In this document: piece by piece, positions 1-14,240 of the stretch
Numbering within the stretch: the stretch's first letter is position 1
Layout: each line of letters opens with the position of its first letter
Assembly: GCF_009914755.1 (NCBI RefSeq)
Contig: NC_060935.1
Direction: 5' to 3' (one strand)
Origin: the human T2T-CHM13v2.0 reference genome, Homo sapiens
Length of the DNA stretch: 64,000 nt
Notes under the pieces: model-generated
The model's database searches: none
What the model was told of the DNA's origin: nothing
What the model saw: only the letters and a program-made list of their open reading frames with translations
Position numbers and translations under genes: made by a program

Positions 1-1200
1 TCAGGGCCACATGAATAGAGGTCTTCAGAGGTTGTGGGGGAGCCGTGGAGAAGTTGTGGGGGAGGGGAGTTAGTAAAAAGAGGGTGGGGAGAAAGAATAG
101 AAACCAACTGGGGGGAGGATAAGTTGGAAACAAACCCTGATTAACTTACTCTAATTGCATTTGACAGCTCTGGAGAAGTTGGACAGAGTTGGTGGATTTT
201 TTTTCCTCCACCAAGCTGACAAGAGCCACTAGGTACTTTGTAAACACACGATCTGGGGGTTAGATCAAGAATTCAGGGATTGTCCAGCAAGAGACAGAAA
301 CACACAGCAAAAGGTATTGAGAGAGGTATTAATAGAGAGGACTCCCCCTCACCTAGTTGTTTCCGACAATTCTTTATGGGGATGTTTCTGCAGAGAAACA
401 CATTTCTACCATGTCTATGTAACCAGCAGCCTTGACTTTTCCTCAGGTTAAATAAAAAACCAAAACAAAACAAAACAGTGCTGTTTCAGAAGATGTTTAA
501 GTCACTGTTCAAAATGTGCAAAAATCAAGGGAGACTGTCTTTTGGCTTTTAATTTTTCCTCCCTTTCCTTTCGCTCCGGTGTTTTCTCCTCTTTGGGGTA
601 CTGTAGGATGTTGTCTTCTCCCAAAAGAGGGAGACAGCTTTTCAACTGTTAACAATGTCAGTAATTGGACTTTTGGACCATGCTTTTTTCTTCAGCTAAT
701 CCAATCACCGGTAAAATCCTCACTCCCTCTAAGGTTTCCTAGCCTTAAATGAAAAGCAATCTTAAGTCGCTAGCCACTGAGAGAGATCCTTCAACACATT
801 TTTTTCTTTCCCGCTTACGTTTCTATTCCTCACCCCCGGCTCTATTCTAATACAGTATCAAGAGAGACAAACTCTTCCGAGAGTAATTTACAAACGATGG
901 TCAAACTTACAAACTTCCAGCAAATTGCACCGAGTCATGTCCAGCCACTTTTCTGTCCACTTTTGTACATTCCATCCCCGGCCAGTGGATCTGAGGGTCT
1001 GGACTCGCAATAAGCAATCTGGTTCTATCTCCTGTATTTGCTCCGCTTTATAGATGGAAAAAAAAAGTAGCTTGTATTTTCCTTTCTCTTTCTCGTCTGT
1101 TGTTAGCCGCTTTGCTGACACTGGCTCGCGCCCGGAGTCACGGCGATACACAGGCTTTCATTGTGCTCCGATAGGAGAGGGAGAGAAAGAGAGAGAGTGA
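1..1200 (-). other. MAML2: Long 5'UTR / first exon of a minus-strand gene whose start codon lies beyond the left edge; probably MAML2
   Basis: Repeat-free unique sequence next to a GC/CpG-rich promoter-like block. The identity is inferred from the remembered gene order MAML2-CCDC82-JRKL; no MAML2 coding sequence is visible and the TSS is approximate. Confidence 0.65.
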
Positions 1201-1780
1201 GACAGAGAAGGAGAAAGAGAGAGCCAGCAAGCTGCAGATGGGGGTGGGGGGGGCGGGGAGAGGGCGGGAGAGCTCGTTCGAGGCTCCCTGGTGGAAGGCT
1301 GGTGCCACTGCGCGAGTGAGTAATCGCAGCCAGGCACCGGGGAAAGGGGAACGCAGAGGGCCTCCCAGTGGCTGAAGAGGTAAATCCCAAGCCCTGCGCA
1401 TCTCAGCTGCCCTGGCTCAGCTCAGCATCAGACTCGGTTAAGCGGGGAAGGCTGGGGAAATTCCCCAACCTCTACACAACCATTTCACCAGCTCTAAATG
1501 TTTAAGAAATTCCGGGCCAGGAATGTGTTTTCCCTTTCAGCCCTACATTACGCCCCGCTGAGGATATCATTTTCATTTTTCAGTATATTGTAAATGACAC
1601 CACTGAGCAACCTAGCACGAGCTGTGTGAGCACCGAGGAAATGTTCATTAATAGAATAAGGAAGATATGAATGTGTGTGTTGAGGGCGGAAGGGGTTGCG
1701 CGTGGAGAGGAGAGGTAATCACATTGTTAGCTCCTAAAGGGCAGGCAGGTGTAGCGTTTGTCTACCTGCCTGCCCATTTG
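1100..1780. promoter_or_regulatory. CpG-enriched promoter region (putative MAML2 promoter)
   Basis: Local CpG enrichment, GC boxes (GGGGCGGGG ~1251), GA-rich tract 1175-1222, G-runs 1240-1268, NF-kB consensus GGGGAAATTCCCC at 1454-1466. Confidence 0.65.
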
Positions 1781-2011
1781 TGTGTCTCTGGATAAGTGAG
1801 TCTGGGTGATCACAGGCAAATCAGTTGGGATAAATAAAATATTTTATGAGAATGATACAATTATCGATACCAGTTCTAGAAAAAAACGCTTTTTTTTTGG
1901 GAATGCATGATTGCCTATGAAAAACCAAATATAAGACCTGAAGTATCCTTAGCTACCTGGTGCACATATACAATGAGGAAAGTCAATGTGTAGCAGCTGA
2001 GTTTCAAAAAG

Positions 2012-2148
2012 TTTTTTTTTTTTTTTTCTTTTAATGGAGTCTTGTTATGTTGCCCAGGCTGGAGTTGAACTCCTGGGCTCAAGTGATCCTCCCACTTGAG
2101 CCTCCTGAGTAGCTGGAACTACAGGTACTCACCACTACTGCACCTGGC
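2012..2148 (-). mobile_element. Alu monomer (FLAM-like)
   Basis: Poly-T followed by GTTGCCCAGGCTGG...GAACTCCTGGGCTCAAGTGATCCTCCCAC...GTAGCTGGAACTACAGG; single arm. Confidence 0.85.
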
Positions 2149-2248
2149 TCTGAGTTTCAAGAAGTTTAATAATAGAAACCAAATAGATCTCACACAGATC
2201 ATTGTTCCCCCATTTTCAAGTGATCCAACCTTTAAAATATCCAATCCT

Positions 2249-2547
2249 GGCCAGGCACAGTGGCTCACGCCTGTAATCCCAGCACTTTGGGAGGCCAAGG
2301 CAGGTGTATTACCTGAGTTCAAGAGTTCAAGACCAGCCTGGCCAATATGGTGAAACCCCGTCTCTGCTAAAACTACAAAAATTAGCTGAGCATGGTGTCA
2401 TACGCCTGTAATCCCAGCTACTCAGGAGGCTGAGACAGGATAATTGCTGGAACCCAGGAGGCGGAGGTCGCAGTGAGCTAAGATCACGCCACTGCGCTCC
2501 AACCTGGGCAACAGGGTGAGTCTCTGTCTCCAAAAAAAAAAAAAAAA
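2249..2547 (+). mobile_element. Alu (AluS-like), full length
   Basis: GGCCAGGCACAGTGGCTCACGCCTGTAATCCCAGCACTTTGGGAGG start, two arms, A-tail. Confidence 0.95.
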
Positions 2548-2899
2548 CTTATTGTGGATTCTGCTTATTTTCAATTATGAAGATTAAATTAAGGTGAGCA
2601 TAATACTGCAACAGTCAGGACCAAAAATATTCTGGGTATCCTAATTTGGAAGTCATTTGGATTTGAGGTCTCAAATAATATACCTTCAGTAATCTAAACA
2701 AACTCTGGCATTTCACGAATATGGTCGTTTCAAACTGAGCTATGGATAGAAATAGGCAAAATCAAGGCAAACATCTCAATACTGGATTTATTTGCAATTT
2801 AGTTCCCTATAGGATAGCCTACTTTAGTCCATTTTATTTTCACCAATCCTGTTAGCTTGGAAATGGGGACAAATACACTCAGATTTTTTGTTTGTTTTA

Positions 2900-5889
<2,990 letters not shown>

Positions 5890-6630
5890 TTCATTGGAAC
5901 ATACTTCTATCTCTATCTGTTCCTTCCAAGGCTAAGTTCCTCACTACTCATGAGAAAAGCAGAAATATATATTTGTTAGATAAACAGAATTTGAATGGAG
6001 AACTGTCATGAGGTGTCATTAAAGAGACAAAAATAGAAAACTTTTATTTTTAAAAGTTTAGTTTTAAAAAGTTGTCTTCATCAGACAATATCTTCTTTGT
6101 ACTACTGTGGATATTTTACATTCAGCATAAAAGAAACATGTAATATTTAAACTGAAACCATTCCATTCACTCTGTAGCCCTTCAGTAACATGGAATTTGA
6201 TTCATAACATGCAGTCCTTAGTCAAATCAGCTATTACTAAATGATGTAAACTTTAACTACTCTGCTAGACATAGACATATCTTAAATTGTGAAGCAGGAA
6301 TTTAATATTCATACTATATTCCAGTGGTATAGGACACTTCTTTGGAGTGTCTTTTTTTTTTACACATTTACCCTTAAATAGACATTTAATTTCAAGTTGA
6401 CATCATCATCAACATCTTCATTTCTGTTTCCATCGGTTGCAATTAAAAAATTACTGTTATGCCACAGCACTTCTCAAATATTATCCCTCTTAATCCACAA
6501 ACAATCCTGAGAGATACTATAACTCCATTTATAAATGAGAAAAACTAAGGCTCATGAAAATTAAAGTACTGGTTCTTGTTCATATAACTAGGAAGTCAAT
6601 AGACCAGAATTCTAATTCAAGACTGACTTC

Positions 6631-8688
6631 ATGGTGTAAGGAAGGTGTCCAGTTTCAATTTTCTGCATATGGCTAGCCAATTCTCCCAGCATAATTTATT
6701 TTGTAGGGAATCCTTCCTCACTTGGGTGTTTTTGTCAGGTTTGTTGAAGATCAGATGGTTGTAGGTGGGTGGTCATATTTCTGAGTTCTCTATTCTGTTC
6801 GATTGGTCTATGTGTCTGTTCTTGTACCAGTACCATGCTGTTTTGGTTACTGTAGCCTTGTAGTATAGTTTGAAGTTGGGTAGCATGAGGCCTCCAGCCT
6901 TTTTCTTTTTGCTCAGGATTGTCTTGGCTATTCAGGCTCTTTTTTGGTTCCATATGAATTTTGAAATAGTTTTTTCTAATTCTGTGAAGAATGTTAATGG
7001 TAGTTTAATGGGAATAGCATTGAATCTATAAATTACTTTGGGCAGTATGGCCATTTTCACGATATTGATTCTTCCTATCCATGAGCATGGATTCCATTTG
7101 TGTCCTCTCTGATTTCTTTGAGCAGTAGTTTGTAGTCCTCCTTGAAGAGGTCCTTCACTTCCTTTGTTAGCTGTATTCCTAGGTATTTTATTCTTTTTGT
7201 AGCAATTGTGAATGGGAGTTCATTCATGATTTGGCTCTCTGCTTGCCTGTTGTTGGTATATAGGAATGCTAGCAATCTTTGCACGTTGATTTTGTATTCT
7301 GAGACTTTGCTTAAGTTGCTTATCAGCTTAAGAAGCTTTTGGGCTGAGACAATGGGGTTTTCTAGACATAGAATCATGTCATCTGCAAACAAAGATAATT
7401 TGACTTCCTTTCTTCCTATTTGAATACTCTTTATTTCCTTCTCTTGCCTGATTGCCCTGGCCAGAACTTCCAACACTATATTGAACAGAAGTGGTGAACT
7501 CTAGATGGATTAAAGACTTAAATGTAAAATCCCAAACTATAAAAACCCTAGAAGAAAATCTAGGCAATACCATTCAGGACATAGGCACGGGCAAAGATTT
7601 CATGATGAAAACACCAAAAGCAATTGCAAAAAAGCAAAACTTGACAAATGGGATCTGATTAACTAAAAAGCTTCTGCATAGCAAAAGAAACTGTCATCAG
7701 AGTAAGCAGACAACCTACACAATGAGAAAAAATTTTTGCAATCTATCCATCTGACAAAGGTCTAATAGCCAGAGTCTACAAGGAACTTAAACAAATTTAA
7801 AAGAATAAAACAAACCCCATTAAAAAGTGGGCAAAGGACATGAACAGACAGCCCTCAAAAGTAGACATTTATGCAGCCAACAAACATACGAAAAAAGCTC
7901 AACATCACTGATCATTAGAGAAATGCAAATCCAGACCACAATGAGATACCATCTCATGCCAGTCAGAAGGGCTATTAGGTAAAAGTAAAAAAACAAACAA
8001 AAACACAAAACAAAAACAACAGATGCTGGCAAGGTGGTGGAGAAAAAAGGCATGCTTTTACACTGTTGGTGTAAATTAGTTCAATCATTGTGGAAGACAG
8101 TGTGGTGATTCCTCAAAGACCTAGAGGCAGAAATACCATTTGACCCAGCAATCCCATAACTGCGTATATACCCAAAGGAATATAAATCATTCTATTATAA
8201 AGATATGTGCACATGTATGTTCACTGCAGCACTATTCACAATAGCAAAAACACAGAATCGACCTAAATGCCCATCAATGATAGAGTGGATAAAGAAAATG
8301 TGGTACATAAACACCAGGGAATACTATGCAGTCATAAAAAGAAATGAGATCATGGCCTTTGCAGGGACATGGACGGAGTTGGAAGCCATTTTCCTCAGCA
8401 GACTAATGCAGGAATAGAAAACCAAACATCGCACCGTCTCACTTGTAAGTGGGAGCTGAATGATGAGAACATATGGACACATGGTGGGGAACAACACACA
8501 CTGGAGCCTGTTGGTGGTTGGGTTGGGGGATGGGGAGCATCAGGAAGAATAGCTAATGGATGCTGGGCTTAAAACCTAGGTGATGGGATGATCTGTGCAG
8601 CAAACCACCATGGCACACATTTACCTATGTAACAAGCCTACACATCCTACACATGTATCCCGGAAGTTAAAATAAAAGTTGAAGAAAA
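6631..8688 (+). mobile_element. L1P element with 5' inversion (twin priming): 6631-7497 antisense, 7498-8688 sense
   Basis: Minus-strand ORF2 fragments (LFADDMIL) switch at ~7497 to plus-strand ORF2 end and 3'UTR with AATAAA/A-tail; target-site duplication AAGACTGACTTC at 6619-6630 and 8689-8700. Confidence 0.92.
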
Positions 8689-9206
8689 AAGACTGACTTC
8701 CACCTTAATCACTAGTCTGGCTGCCTCAATAGCAAGTATGAAAGGAGTTATGGGGGAGCCAAACTATCTCCAAAGTAGCTCAAAGCTGCTCAAAGGCTGC
8801 AGTCTATCCCTCAGTGAACACTCTGGAATCTAAGTAAGTCCTATAATACCTCCTGGGAATGAGTACTATATAGATCTACTCATCTGAATATGAGCAGACA
8901 AGTCAGGAAATGTGGCCAATTGCATCCAACTGCCTGTACAATAAACATTTATTTTCCCTTGTTTTTTCCTGTCTTATGGTTTTGTTCCCTCTCTTCATAA
9001 CCCTAAAGCTTCTGTATAGCCCTGTGATTTCTTTCTAGAATTACTTTCCTTTTACTTGTCCATTTCTGTCTTCCTCATCATCTCTGCTATCAATAGCTAC
9101 CTAACACTAAAGCACCTAACACTGTAGTAATAAATGACCAAATCTAAAAAATTTACAGTCATGTGAAATGATATGTGAAATAAATGAGCTTAAAAACTAT
9201 TTTTGT

Positions 9207-9383
9207 AATTAGCTGGGCATGGTGGTGCACACCTGTAGTCCCAGCTACTTGGGACGCTGAAGCAGGGGAATCGGTTGACCTTGGGAGGTGGAGGTTGCAG
9301 TGAGTGAGATCGCCCCACTGCACTACAGCCTGGCAACAGAGCGAGACTCCATCTCAAAAAAACAAAAACAAAAACAAAAAAAA
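9207..9383 (+). mobile_element. 5'-truncated Alu (right arm only)
   Basis: AATTAGCTGGGCATGGTGG...GAGCGAGACTCCATCTC plus A-rich tail; imperfect TSD AAAAACTATTTTTGT / AAAACCTGTTTTTGT. Confidence 0.9.
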
Positions 9384-10067
9384 CCTGTTTTTGTGTTGTT
9401 ATTGAATCAATGATATTGATGATGATGATGATAATGATAAAATAATATGTCCTAATACCTGTAAAGGTTAATTCTATTTCTCAACATTTCCATTTTCTTA
9501 TGAACTACTTGCTTTTTGCCCCCTAATACATGTTAATTCTCACTTCCTAACAGCCTTTTTGCCATTCTTTTAATGTTACCACGACCTTAGAGCCTCTTGT
9601 ATTCTCCAAATTCCTACAAAGTAGCATGCTTGGTTGCAATGACCTTAGACATCAAACTACCTATAAGCATTTTATGATCAACAGGCAGCTGTTCCAATAG
9701 GAAAAGTGCTTCAAGCCAACAAGATGGTTGATCCAGATAAGTCCTTGGAATTATTAGTGCCTTAATTTACAAATTAACTGCATGCTGTTAAAAGTAAGAG
9801 ATATATTTTAAGATTACTCTTCAGCCATCTCAAGCTTGTCTGTAATGTCCCATATGAGAACTGATGCTTCTAGGTAATTGGAGATACTTTAGAGATCCTT
9901 TTTTTTTTTTCATTTCTTCTGGCCTTCCTTTTTATAAATCATTTGTGATCCTTTACCCTTCCTCCTTGACTGTCACTTCTAACTCTGCCTTGCTTTTTTT
10001 GTGGACACTGTCCCTTCATCTTCACCTTTCAATTACGACTTTATTTTTATTCCTTGGAATTTAGTTA

Positions 10068-10485
<418 letters not shown>

Positions 10486-10796
10486 TCAGCATCAGTACTG
10501 TTACCACAATTGTGAGTTTTTTCCACCCCATTTGTTTACAATAATAATACGGATAATTTCAGGAAATGAATTGTAGAAAATATTAACTCATTTCCATATA
10601 TGAGCTTAATGTAGCTTTTTATGGATACGTACACTACGGTCCATGCCATGAGTCGCATAATAGATGAATCCAAGTTCAACCAAGACTTCCATTAAGAAAA
10701 AATTATCTAAAGGATAGATCCTACTAGAATACCACTTTTAAGAATTAAAAATATAGAACACACAGGGTTCATTTGTTCACTCTGCAACCATTTTAC

Positions 10797-10802
10797 TTTA
10801 TT
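10797..10802 (-). terminator. CCDC82: Candidate CCDC82 polyadenylation signal AATAAA
   Basis: TTTATT on the + strand, ~850 nt downstream of the CCDC82 stop codon. Confidence 0.6.
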
Positions 10803-11648
10803 ACTTTATGGGAAAATTTAGATATGCAAAGCAATGCAGATACCAAAATATGCTTTCCAAGTGTTTTTGGCTGAGTTTGTCTCTTTCAGCAGTTCTGACC
10901 CTAAGATACATACTTATATGGAAAAAGCTATGGATAAAAATAAATAAAATACATCTTAATCATCAATATATAGACAAAATTGAATAGAAAAAAGTAAGAA
11001 CATTATAAAGCATGAAAATTTACATAAAATTATTCCTGAATGTGAGGGTTGAAAGACTCTAGAGGCCTGAAATCTATTTGAAAGAGAAACTTTCAAGAAA
11101 AGGAAAAAAGCATTCCTCTACTTAGAATAGATATGCTATGATCTGATTCTGAAGCAATGGGATTGAACTGAATGATATATGAGGTTTCTTCCATGGCCCA
11201 CTGATTTAGATGATAGCAGTAAAAAATATATTAGTGAAAATCATTTAATACTGTAAAAGAATAAACAGATCTGGACAGGAATTCCGTAAAAATACATGTA
11301 GACGTTAGTCTAAATACATTTTTAAGATACAATATATTTTGACTAAACTGACAGGATATCAACAGCTCATTCACTTGACAGTCATCTGTTATAAAGCCAT
11401 TATTATATAACTTTAAAATATATTTACAGACTTAAAAATTAAGATAATGCTTTTATGTACATCAGATAAAAGTTTAATTAGAGTGTAGAGTGCCACTTCA
11501 CAGGAATTAAGATAATCATGTTTTAAACAAAATATTTTGCCATGAAGATATAGATAAAATGTACAAACATGTCACATGATACAGAAAAACAAGAATCATG
11601 ATCTTCACATTTACAGGAATTTAAAAAATCTTCTCTGATGGAAATGTG

Positions 11649-11741
<93 letters not shown>

Positions 11742-13239
11742 TTATTTTACTCAAAGCAATGAAGACAAACTGGGCCTTTGCAAACTACAGACACAATTAG
11801 GATAAGTCCATTTCATGGTAATCGTGAACAAAAATCTTTTTATGATAAACAGGAACTTAATTTCAAATAAGCATTCCTAACTCATATATAACTCATATAT
11901 TTCCATATAGAAAGCATTGGAAAGTGATCAAAGTGAATATTATTAATTTTATAACTGTGTTTTAAATTATAATTTTTATATTATCATGATTACAGTAGAA
12001 ATGTAGTAACCTCAATAACTTAATAAAAAGTTTGTTGAACATATATATCAAAGGCTCTGCTAATGACTGTCTAGGTACAGTGTTTTTTAAAAGATACTTT
12101 TCCTGCCCCTAAGGAGAATACAGTTCAGTAGTAATACACCAATAACAATCAGTAATAAGTGCCAAAGAGGTACAGACACTGTTATGAGGGTTCAGAAGAT
12201 AGGTCATGGTTAGTTGAGGTAAGCAGTAAAGAGTGGCATTTAAGTTGTCCTGGAAAAACAGATTTGGTAGGCAAAGAGTTGGTGGCAAGACTTTTCAGTA
12301 AGAGGGAACAGTCCATCAAAGTGACGTGACAAGAAAATATGGGATTTGACTACAACCTGAGTATTTTTAGGAGAACAGAGAGAGCTAAGACTGAACCAAA
12401 GAGGCTGAGTTCAGAGAACAAAAATTATAAAATACTGGTTAAAGAATTGAACAATCATTTGACAGGTAATGGAAAGTTGCTAAAGGTTTTGGAGCAGGGG
12501 ACTGAACTGATCTCAGGTGTATTTTAAGAAAATCGGTAAAACATTCATTCTAGAATAGTTCAGCAACTAGTTATGGGTCTGTGATAACAATTTAGGTCAT
12601 GAGGGCCCAAATCTGAGTCATGGCAATGAAGATGAAGAGTAAAGAACAAAGTGTAACAAGTTAAGAGAGGGGTCAAGAATGATTTAGAGATTTCAAAGTT
12701 GACAGAGTAGAATAATGGCAGGCTCTTTTGCAGGTTGTTTGTGCGAGGGAAAGATATCATGATTTCAGTTTCAGACATATAGAGTTCAAAGTATTTATTT
12801 CAGTGAGGGGATTAATGACATACTAGTTTCTTGACTCTGTTTATGAACTGTGTTTTAATCTTCAGTGAAATGAGAGAGGATCCTGGTGACCCTGACTTTT
12901 GTGGTGATAGGGACCTACAGAAGGGAATGTTGAGAAGTGCATTTTCCTTCTACACCTTGAAGGCCATGAAACTCTTTTTTATAACCGTATGATATCTGAC
13001 TGGATCTCCTTCTCAGGAAAGATGGAAACACATAACAGAAGGGGAAATAGCCTAGGGACTACTTAGGAATTTTCTTTGGCCTAGTACTTAGATAGGTTTT
13101 ATTAGATATAAGTAAAGTACTCTAGGATTAGAAACCTATACTTTAAAAGTTTGACTTTTTATGTTTCTCATATTACCTTTCCTCATATTCCTTTATTATT
13201 TATTAAATTTCTTTTGGAAAATTAAAAATTAAAAAAATT

Positions 13240-13363
13240 ATTTTAAGAGACAGGGTCTCACTATCTTGCTCAGGCTGGCCTTGAACTCCTGGGCTCAGGC
13301 GATTCTACCACCTCAGCCTCCCAAGTAGCTGTGACTACAGCTGTGCACCACCACACACAGCTA
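13240..13363 (-). mobile_element. Alu monomer (FLAM-like)
   Basis: GAGACAGGGTCTCACTATCTTGCTCAGGCTGGCCTTGAACTCCTGGGCTCAG... Confidence 0.8.
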
Positions 13364-14058
13364 GGACAATTAAAATCTATCTCAGCTATACTAAGATAGG
13401 AGGTTACTTGCTTTTATTGCAAGTAACAGCTAAGATTAATCAATCACTTACTAATTGCTAGGTCCTATACTAAATGCTTAAAACGTATTACATATCTAAT
13501 CTCCACAATCAAAACCCTAATTATTATTACTGTTTTTGTTCCTACTTTACAGATGAGAAAACTTAGGCTAAGAGAAATAAAATAGCTTGCTCCCAAATTC
13601 TACTGCTAGTAAGTGGCAAAGCAAATACTTAAGCTTATACTTTTAACCAGTTTAGAGTATGCTGTTTCTGAGATTTAAATGGTGTGGCTAGGATGCAGCT
13701 TTGGCAAGAAAAAAAAAACTTGGAAAGTGAAACTCACAGACATTGCAGTTAGTATTACTCTGCCATCCTCTCTACCTAAAGATACTGCTCTCATAATTCT
13801 TTACTAAACATTTGGAGGGTTTTAATAGTGAAGACTACTTATTTTAATAGTGAAGACTACTCTCTTACAACACCTGATGGACCTACTGATGAAAACAGTT
13901 GGAATTGTGGAAATGAAGTGTGGGAAAGAGGTCAGAATATAAGAGAAGTTTGGAATCTTCTACTCAGAAGTAGTAGCTACAACTGCAGAAGGGAATTGAT
14001 TCGCCAAGGCAACTTTGAGAGGATGAGGACAGAATTCAGTGTTAACGGGTACTTTTTA

Positions 14059-14240
14059 GCAGTGATCCTCAAACTTTTATCTATTTAAGAATCATCAATG
14101 CTAAAAATATTGGATGTTTAACATCCACAAGGATTGTCATTCAATAAATCTGGGATGAGGCTAGGGGATTATACACTTTTCAAAAACTTCTAGGTGATTC
14201 TGATATAGGTAGTTTAGGGCCATGCTTTGAGAAACATCAG
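14059..14240. mobile_element. MER5-like hAT-Charlie MITE
   Basis: Terminal CAGTGATCCTCAAACTTT ... CTTTGAGAAACATCAG; internal CTAGGTGATTCTGAT typical of MER5A/B. Confidence 0.6.

Noticed and set aside
13820-13861. 22-bp tandem duplication TTTTAATAGTGAAGACTACT
   Set aside because: Ordinary intronic slippage duplication with no sign of function.
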